From assembly GCA_017415185.1 (NCBI GenBank), contig JAFQHZ010000009.1, positions 9,979-73,978 of the forward strand: DNA of 64,000 bases, written 5' to 3'. How positions within the stretch are numbered: the first letter of the stretch is position 1; each line of letters starts with the position of its first letter. Under the pieces are notes generated by a model. It had not been told where the DNA came from. It saw nothing but the letters and a program-made list of their open reading frames with translations, and ran no database searches. The position numbers and the translations under genes are program-made. This DNA comes from Candidatus Gastranaerophilales bacterium. GTDB lineage: Bacteria > Cyanobacteriota > Vampirovibrionia > Gastranaerophilales > Gastranaerophilaceae. Shown here one piece after another: positions 58,036-64,000 of the stretch.

Positions 58036-58758
58036 ATGAAAAAAATCGACACATATTTAAAAACTGGTTTTGAATTTGCAAAAAAATATTCTAAAGAATA
58101 TTTCAGAGCTCTCCTACACCCAATAACCCTTGGATTAATCGCAGGAGCTTTTGTTCTTTGCGTGCAATTAAATCCTCTTTTTGCCTTTTTAGCGTTATTT
58201 GTGAGCATTCCTTGTATGTGTTGCGCCTTTTGGAAGGGATATGTTACAACGTTTTGTTTGAATAATTTAGCTTTAGATTTTTATAACAAAAACCAAACAA
58301 AAAGCCTCGCTGAATATATTGAACTTTTAAACAAAAAAGAATTAGCTTCATATCTTGGTTTTTGCGCAATTTTGACATTATTTTTATATCTGCCAAGCTT
58401 TATCTGCGCTTTTACAACAATTGATTTTTCAGCGCTTTTAACAAATCCTTTTGAAATTTTAACAAACTATCTTTTATTTACAGTGATATTTTTAAACACA
58501 ATTTTTCTTCTTCCATTTTTAAACTTTTTCAATCAAGCGTTTTTCTTTAAAAAAGAAAATGAAAATTATTTCAATCTAATTAAAAATTGCTATAAACTTC
58601 AAAACAAAGATGGTCTTTTGTTGTCATTAATTTTTTGTTTATTAGGCTGTTTAATTGGCTTATTTCATCCATTTTTATATGGCTTTTTAGCATTAGCTCT
58701 TAATCTATTAACGTTCAGCACTAACACTTTTTGGTATGGTGACAAATGTCAAAAATAG
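58036..58758 (+). CDS. hypothetical polytopic membrane protein
   Basis: It has about 6 hydrophobic helices. Its 3' end overlaps the queF start. I recognise no family. Confidence 0.45.
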   Translation: MKKIDTYLKTGFEFAKKYSKEYFRALLHPITLGLIAGAFVLCVQLNPLFAFLALFVSIPCMCCAFWKGYVTTFCLNNLALDFYNKNQTKSLAEYIELLNKKELASYLGFCAILTLFLYLPSFICAFTTIDFSALLTNPFEILTNYLLFTVIFLNTIFLLPFLNFFNQAFFFKKENENYFNLIKNCYKLQNKDGLLLSLIFCLLGCLIGLFHPFLYGFLALALNLLTFSTNTFWYGDKCQK

Positions 58759-59642
58759 ATATAACAAACGAAATTGCTTCTAAACATTTAGGGCAAAAAT
58801 CAACAGGAAGCGAATTATATAATCCTGATTTATTAGTTGCAATTCCAAGAGAATTAAACCGAGAACAATACCAAATTGAAAACGATAATTTACCTTTTTT
58901 AGGAGAAGACGTTTGGCATTGTTATGAATTTTCAACAATGACAAAAAACAATCTTCCTATTTCAAAAGTTTTAAAAATAAGTTATAGTTGCAAAAGCGAA
59001 TTTTTAGTGGAGTCAAAATCTCTTAAGCTATATTTGAATTCTTTTAATATGTCTTGTTTTGGAAAAGATTCAAAAGAATGTCTAAAAATTTGCCTTGAAA
59101 AAATCAAAAATGATTTATCAAGCCTTTTAAAAATAAAAGTCAAAGCAAGTTTTGTTGAAAAAAACCCTATTTTTATTTATAAACAATTTAAAAATGTTTT
59201 AAATTATATCGATGAAAAATCTTTAAAAATAGAAAAATTTGAAGAAGCTCCTGAATTATTAAAAACCGAAAATTCAAAAACTAAAAAATATTTTTTAAAG
59301 TTTGACTCTCTTCGTTCTAATTGCAGAGTAACTCATCAGCCCGATTTTGGAGATATTTTTATTTATTACAAATCCAAAAAACATATTCTAGAAGATTCTT
59401 TAATAAAATATCTTTGTTCGTTTAGAAAAGAATACCATTTCCACGAAGAATGCGTTGAAATGATTTACAAAAGACTATTAAGCGTTTTAAACGAAAAAGA
59501 CGAGCTTTTTGTTTGTGCTCTTTATACAAGACGAGGCGGAATCGATATTAATCCTATAAGATACAGCAAAAACTGCTCGTTTGATGAATTTTTAGAACTT
59601 AAAAACACAAAAATTTTAACAAAACATGGAAATAAACAATAA
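58746..59642 (+). CDS. queF: NADPH-dependent 7-cyano-7-deazaguanine (preQ0) reductase, two-domain (type II) form
   Basis: It has the QueF motif ESKSLKLYLNSF, the catalytic Cys context SNCRVTHQPDFG and HFHEECVE. It is 298 aa. Confidence 0.85.
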   Translation: MSKIDITNEIASKHLGQKSTGSELYNPDLLVAIPRELNREQYQIENDNLPFLGEDVWHCYEFSTMTKNNLPISKVLKISYSCKSEFLVESKSLKLYLNSFNMSCFGKDSKECLKICLEKIKNDLSSLLKIKVKASFVEKNPIFIYKQFKNVLNYIDEKSLKIEKFEEAPELLKTENSKTKKYFLKFDSLRSNCRVTHQPDFGDIFIYYKSKKHILEDSLIKYLCSFRKEYHFHEECVEMIYKRLLSVLNEKDELFVCALYTRRGGIDINPIRYSKNCSFDEFLELKNTKILTKHGNKQ

Positions 59643-59924
59643 TTAAAGCTTTTCGAGCATTTTTGATGTTCTTTTGCTGAATTTTTGAATTAATTCAAGC
59701 TTTTGTTCACGAGTTAAAGTTTTTTTAATTCGATATTCTTCTTTAGACGCAGCCGATTTATCGTCAAAAATATCAACATAAACAATTGATTCAGGTTTGT
59801 GTGAGCGAGTATATTTTGCCCCGGTTCCTTTTTTGTGTTCCTCAAATCTTGCTATAACATCTCGGGCAATTCCGCAATATAGCGTATTATCCACAGTCTT
59901 TAAGATATAAAGATAATATTTCAT
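59643..59924 (-). CDS. GIY-YIG nuclease-family small protein (UPF0213-like)
   Basis: It has YYLYILKTVDNTLYCGIA.D...R..EH..G.GAKYTR. It is 93 aa. Confidence 0.8.
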   Translation of the reverse strand: MKYYLYILKTVDNTLYCGIARDVIARFEEHKKGTGAKYTRSHKPESIVYVDIFDDKSAASKEEYRIKKTLTREQKLELIQKFSKRTSKMLEKL

Positions 59925-60861
59925 TTAAAACTTTAATTATTTCTTCTTCTTTATCTAAAGTAACCAATGCGCTTCTGTATTTTGAAGCATTACGAGTTGA
60001 TGAAATATAATAGTTATAAAATTTTCTCATAAATTTTATCCCATTAATTTCGCCCATATTTTGAATTTCTAAATGAAGATGTTCTTTTAACATTTCAATT
60101 CGTGAAGCTAAATCTGGTTCTGGAATAATTGTTCCATCTTCAATATATTTTTCAATTCGATAAGGCAAAGTAAAATCGCCCATTATTCCTCGACCAATTG
60201 AAACGCCTTTGGCACCCGTTAATTCAAGACATTTTTTAGCATCTGCTATTGTTTTAATATCTCCATTAGCATAAACGGGAATCTTTAATTCATCCACCAA
60301 CAATTTAATTTTTGACCAATCGGCATTACCAGAATACATTTGAGAACGAGTTCGAGCATGTAAGGTTACAAAAGATGCTCCCGCTTGCTCCATTTTTTTT
60401 CCAAATTCAATAAAATTTTCTTCGTTACTTGTCCAACCAAGACGAAATTTTGCACTAACGGGTAAACCCGTTTCTTCTTTAATTCTTGATAAAATTTCAT
60501 AAGCCAAATCAGGAGTTTTCATCATCGCAGAACCATCTCCTGAAACAATTACTTTTTTAACTGGACATCCGCAATTAATATCAATCATACTAGCATAAGG
60601 GGCAAGAATTTTTGCAGCTTTAACCATTTTGTCAACTTTATGTCCAACAAGTTGAAAAGCAAGCGGATATTCAAAATCTTCAAATTGAATTATTCTTGGA
60701 TTTGGATTATTGCAAAGCATTTCAGAAGAAATCATTTCTGTTGTCATAAGACATTTCGATTTGTGTTTTCTAATTTGCCCCCTAAAAACAACATCGGAAA
60801 TTCCCGCCAATGGCGCTTGAATAACCTTTATATCTTCAATATTTATCTTTTTATTTTCCAT
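59887..60861 (-). CDS. dus: tRNA-dihydrouridine synthase
   Basis: The Dus family TIM barrel has APLAGISDVVFR, DINCGCP and HARTR. Confidence 0.88.
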   Translation of the reverse strand: MENKKINIEDIKVIQAPLAGISDVVFRGQIRKHKSKCLMTTEMISSEMLCNNPNPRIIQFEDFEYPLAFQLVGHKVDKMVKAAKILAPYASMIDINCGCPVKKVIVSGDGSAMMKTPDLAYEILSRIKEETGLPVSAKFRLGWTSNEENFIEFGKKMEQAGASFVTLHARTRSQMYSGNADWSKIKLLVDELKIPVYANGDIKTIADAKKCLELTGAKGVSIGRGIMGDFTLPYRIEKYIEDGTIIPEPDLASRIEMLKEHLHLEIQNMGEINGIKFMRKFYNYYISSTRNASKYRSALVTLDKEEEIIKVLNEILSLYLKDCG

Positions 60862-63037
60862 TTACCTGATTTAAATATTCTTTTAATTCCTTAATTCGGG
60901 CAGACGAAAAATTAACCATTTCGTCTTTTTCATTTCCTTTTAAAGAAACAAATTTTTCATAATTTAAAACTGCTTCAGAATATTTTTCGCTATTATCAAG
61001 CGCAACAGCTAATGAATAATATGCAGGAGCAAAATTTGAATCTTTTGAAATGATAGTTTTATATTGTTTTATAGCGTCATTTGGTTTTTTCATTTCTTCT
61101 AAATTAAGCGCTTTATAATACATCGCATAATTATCGTTTGATTTTTTAGTTAAATAAGAATCTAAAATAGCGTATGATTTTCCAAATTGACCTTGTTCAT
61201 ATAAAGAAATAGCTTCTTGCAATTGGGTTGAATATTCGTTTTCATAAATATTATTCAATAAATCTTGAGCGTTTTTATTTGTTTTATCATAAGCCAAAAT
61301 TTTATTTGCCATTAATTTTGAATTATTATAATCTCCAGAATTATAATAAGCCCAAGCGCTATTTGATAAAGCTTCTAGGTTGTTTGGTTCAATACGCAAA
61401 ACTTCTTGATAATATTTATTTGCAAAATTATAATCTCCCATTTGCCAATAACAGCTTGCTATTGCCATATTTACTTCAGGAGTTTTATTTTGAATTTCTG
61501 AATATTTATTTATTGCTTCTTTATATTTTTTTTGTTCATATAATTTTGTCGCTAAAAGATATTGAGAACTAGCATTGTAATTTTTAATATCTTCTAAATA
61601 TGAATTTAATTTTTGGCTATTTGGCAAAACCAACAAACCTTTTTGACAAATTTCACTTGCAAGGGCATAGTTTTTTTCTTCCAAATAAATTTGCGCCAAA
61701 TTTAAATACACTTCTTCTTTAGTAGAATCAAGCGCAAGCGCTTTTTTATAATATTCAAGCGCTGAAGTTAAATTTTTATTTTTGTGCAATTCTAGCGCAT
61801 AATTAAATTGCGCTTCATAGCTTTTTGGCTTTTTAACAGCATTTTGCGCCATATAATTTTGCAATTTTGCGCCAGTAAAATGATTCATTATTATATTTTC
61901 AATGTTTATTTTTGCATTTGAATCATTAGGATTTAGCGAAGAAATTTTTTCATAAACCTCGAGTGCTTCATCATATCTCATTAATTCTTTTAGCGCAGTT
62001 GCTTTATATTCCAAAACTTCAATTTTAGAAGGATTATTTGCTAAAATTTTATCGTAAACATTGAGCGCTCCTTGATAATTTTTTTGAGCAACATATAACG
62101 AAGCTAAATTATACATTATTACTTCATCATCAGGATTTAATTGATATGCTTTTTGATATTGCGCTTTAGCAGCTTCCAAATTACCTTGTTTTTGATAAAT
62201 TGCACCAAGATTAATATATCCTTGAGCATCAGATGGCGCATTTACAACATTTTGAGTCCATTTATTTTCCAAAATTTCCATTAATTCAGGGCTTTTGTCG
62301 CCATATTGCAAAGCAAGATTATATTGTTCCATGCTTGCTTCGTTATTTTGTGCAACATCAAGCATTACGCCATACATAAAGTGCAATTTTGCATTTTTTG
62401 GATTCAAATTTATCGCTTCTTTTATATAATCCATTCCTAAAGAAAGATTATTTAAATTTTTATAAATATTGCTTAAATTTTCATACGCCAATTCTTTATA
62501 TTGACTATTTTTTAACTGTTGAAAATCATATCCTGAAGCGGCAAGTTCCCCTTGCGCTTTTAAGGCTTTTGCGCTTTGCAAGCGAGCTTGGGGATTTGAA
62601 TTAAGAGATAATCTTTTTTCAAGATTGTTAATATCGCTCAAAACAGAATTTGCTAAACTTGATAATTCAGAATTATTGTTCCAATATTTTGCATAAAAAT
62701 ATGAACTTTTATAATCTACAAGAGCTTTTTTAACTTCTTTTGTAGTTTGTCTATAATAATTTGCACGAGCATAATATGCATTTGCTAAAGCATTTTGGAT
62801 TGTTTCATCATAAGGGGAAAATCTTAAAACTTTTCTAAATTCAACAATAGCTGATGAAAATTGTTGATTTTTCAAATATTGCATGCCGTTTGAATAATAT
62901 GCACTATATCTTTGAACATCTTGTTGAGAAATTTCAGCAAATACTAAATTATTAACCAATAATGTCAAACTAAGCGCCAATACAATTCTTTTTTTCATTA
63001 ATTTTCCCCAATTAAATGCCCTCTTATTATACAACAA
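60851..63037 (-). CDS. large tetratricopeptide-repeat protein with signal peptide
   Basis: It has a signal-like N-terminus and more than 12 TPR-like units (A...Y..AL.L.P.N......LA..Y). Confidence 0.7.
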   Translation of the reverse strand: MLYNKRAFNWGKLMKKRIVLALSLTLLVNNLVFAEISQQDVQRYSAYYSNGMQYLKNQQFSSAIVEFRKVLRFSPYDETIQNALANAYYARANYYRQTTKEVKKALVDYKSSYFYAKYWNNNSELSSLANSVLSDINNLEKRLSLNSNPQARLQSAKALKAQGELAASGYDFQQLKNSQYKELAYENLSNIYKNLNNLSLGMDYIKEAINLNPKNAKLHFMYGVMLDVAQNNEASMEQYNLALQYGDKSPELMEILENKWTQNVVNAPSDAQGYINLGAIYQKQGNLEAAKAQYQKAYQLNPDDEVIMYNLASLYVAQKNYQGALNVYDKILANNPSKIEVLEYKATALKELMRYDEALEVYEKISSLNPNDSNAKINIENIIMNHFTGAKLQNYMAQNAVKKPKSYEAQFNYALELHKNKNLTSALEYYKKALALDSTKEEVYLNLAQIYLEEKNYALASEICQKGLLVLPNSQKLNSYLEDIKNYNASSQYLLATKLYEQKKYKEAINKYSEIQNKTPEVNMAIASCYWQMGDYNFANKYYQEVLRIEPNNLEALSNSAWAYYNSGDYNNSKLMANKILAYDKTNKNAQDLLNNIYENEYSTQLQEAISLYEQGQFGKSYAILDSYLTKKSNDNYAMYYKALNLEEMKKPNDAIKQYKTIISKDSNFAPAYYSLAVALDNSEKYSEAVLNYEKFVSLKGNEKDEMVNFSSARIKELKEYLNQVNGK

Positions 63038-63122
63038 TTAAAGTTTTTGTAATAGCGCAACAAGATTAAATTTGCCCAACAGTAGGTTTTCTTTTATAAT
63101 AAAAACAATTAAGGAGATGTGT

Positions 63123-63992
63123 ATGAAGGGCATTATTTTAGCAGCAGGAGCAGGTTCAAGATTATATCCCGCAAGCTTACCAATTTCAAAAATTTTATTA
63201 CCTGTTTACGATAAGCCAATGATTTATTATCCAATTACAACATTGTTATTGGCAGGAATAAAAGATATTTTAATTATTACAAGCCCATCTGATATTGATA
63301 ATTTTAAAAAAGTTTTAGGCGATGGTTCAAATATCGGCGTTAAATTTTCTTATGCTGTTCAAGAAGTTCCTCGTGGAATTGCAGAAAGCTTTTTAATTGC
63401 GCAAGATTTCATTAATAATGAACCAGTTGCATTAATTTTAGGGGACAATATTTTCCATGGTTTTGGTTTCTCTTCAATGCTTAAAGAAGTAGGAACAAGA
63501 ACAACTGGCGCAACTATTTTTGGATATTCTGTTCAAGACCCTGAAAGATTTGGTGTTGTAGAATTCGATAAAAACGGAAAAGCAATCTCTATTGAAGAAA
63601 AACCGCTTCAACCAAAATCAAATTATGCTGTTACAGGTTTATATTTCTATGATAGTAATGTTGTTGAATATGCAAAAACTTTAACTCCTTCTGCTAGAGG
63701 CGAATTGGAAATCACTGATTTAAATAAAATATATTTAAAAAATAATAATTTAAAAGTTGAAATATTAGGCAGAGGCTTTGCTTGGCTTGACACAGGAACT
63801 TTTGAAAGCTTATTACAAGCAGCAAATTTTGTTCAATCAATGGAAATCAACACAGGAATGAAAATTGCTTCTATTGAAGAAGTGGCTTGCAGAATGGGCT
63901 ATATCACTCCAGCTCAATTAAAAGAATTGTCTAAAAAATATAAGCAAAACGGATATGGAAAATATCTTGAAAAAATGGCTAATTCAATTTAA
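63123..63992 (+). CDS. rfbA: glucose-1-phosphate thymidylyltransferase
   Basis: It has MKGIILAAGAGSRLYP, LGDNIF, and the C-terminal RmlA motifs RGFAWLDTGT and EE.A.R.GYI. The start is set to ATG 63123, behind an AAGGAG RBS. Confidence 0.92.
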   Translation: MKGIILAAGAGSRLYPASLPISKILLPVYDKPMIYYPITTLLLAGIKDILIITSPSDIDNFKKVLGDGSNIGVKFSYAVQEVPRGIAESFLIAQDFINNEPVALILGDNIFHGFGFSSMLKEVGTRTTGATIFGYSVQDPERFGVVEFDKNGKAISIEEKPLQPKSNYAVTGLYFYDSNVVEYAKTLTPSARGELEITDLNKIYLKNNNLKVEILGRGFAWLDTGTFESLLQAANFVQSMEINTGMKIASIEEVACRMGYITPAQLKELSKKYKQNGYGKYLEKMANSI

Positions 63993-64000
63993 TTCCATTT

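Noticed and set aside
57996-58208. The 71-aa N-terminal extension of the PHP-domain ORF as given in the track.
   Set aside because: The extension overlaps the start of the divergent membrane-protein gene (58036) and has no PHP similarity. The conserved PHP N-terminal motif (HIHSNFSDG) begins about 20 residues after the internal ATG at 57995.

Overview
This is a strongly AT-rich, gene-dense bacterial chromosomal window that uses the standard genetic code, with TGA, TAA and TAG all serving as stops. The content is mostly housekeeping. It includes panB and panC, tmk, lysA, cdd, a murC-murB-ddl-ftsQ cluster, recA, dnaK, kdsA, queF, dus, rfbA and HU. Diderm markers are present: kdsA, a TolC-family outer-membrane factor with a MacA/MacB-type tripartite efflux system, and a prepilin-type protein. 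I think a low-GC diderm lineage is likely (for example Melainabacteria/Vampirovibrionia-like), but this cannot be settled without a database search.

The 5' end carries a complete Type I restriction-modification operon (hsdM-hsdS-hsdR). Its 3' end abuts a tRNA-Leu(GAG), which sits about 6 nt downstream of a long-form SRP RNA.

The most unusual content is a co-directional array of four large YcaO-superfamily paralogs of the E. coli stand-alone type (45796-54064, minus strand), with kdsA embedded between the third and fourth copies. The paralogs are mosaics. Blocks that are near-identical at the nucleotide level, up to about 430 bp, alternate with strongly divergent patches, and which copies match each other changes from block to block. 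No precursor peptide or known YcaO partner gene is visible nearby.

Other oddities:
- An array of 9 CATG sites with roughly helical-turn spacing, upstream of a small Cys-rich ORF.
- A GC-rich element carrying a 39-bp direct repeat, between recA and dnaK.
- A regulator built from four tandem GntR-type wHTH domains.
- A two-component pair in which the receiver has Glu in place of the phospho-acceptor Asp and the kinase has a degenerate ATP lid.
- A PIG-L/LmbE-fold protein lacking the metal ligands, next to the R-M operon.

I saw no CRISPR array, integrase, transposase or rRNA.
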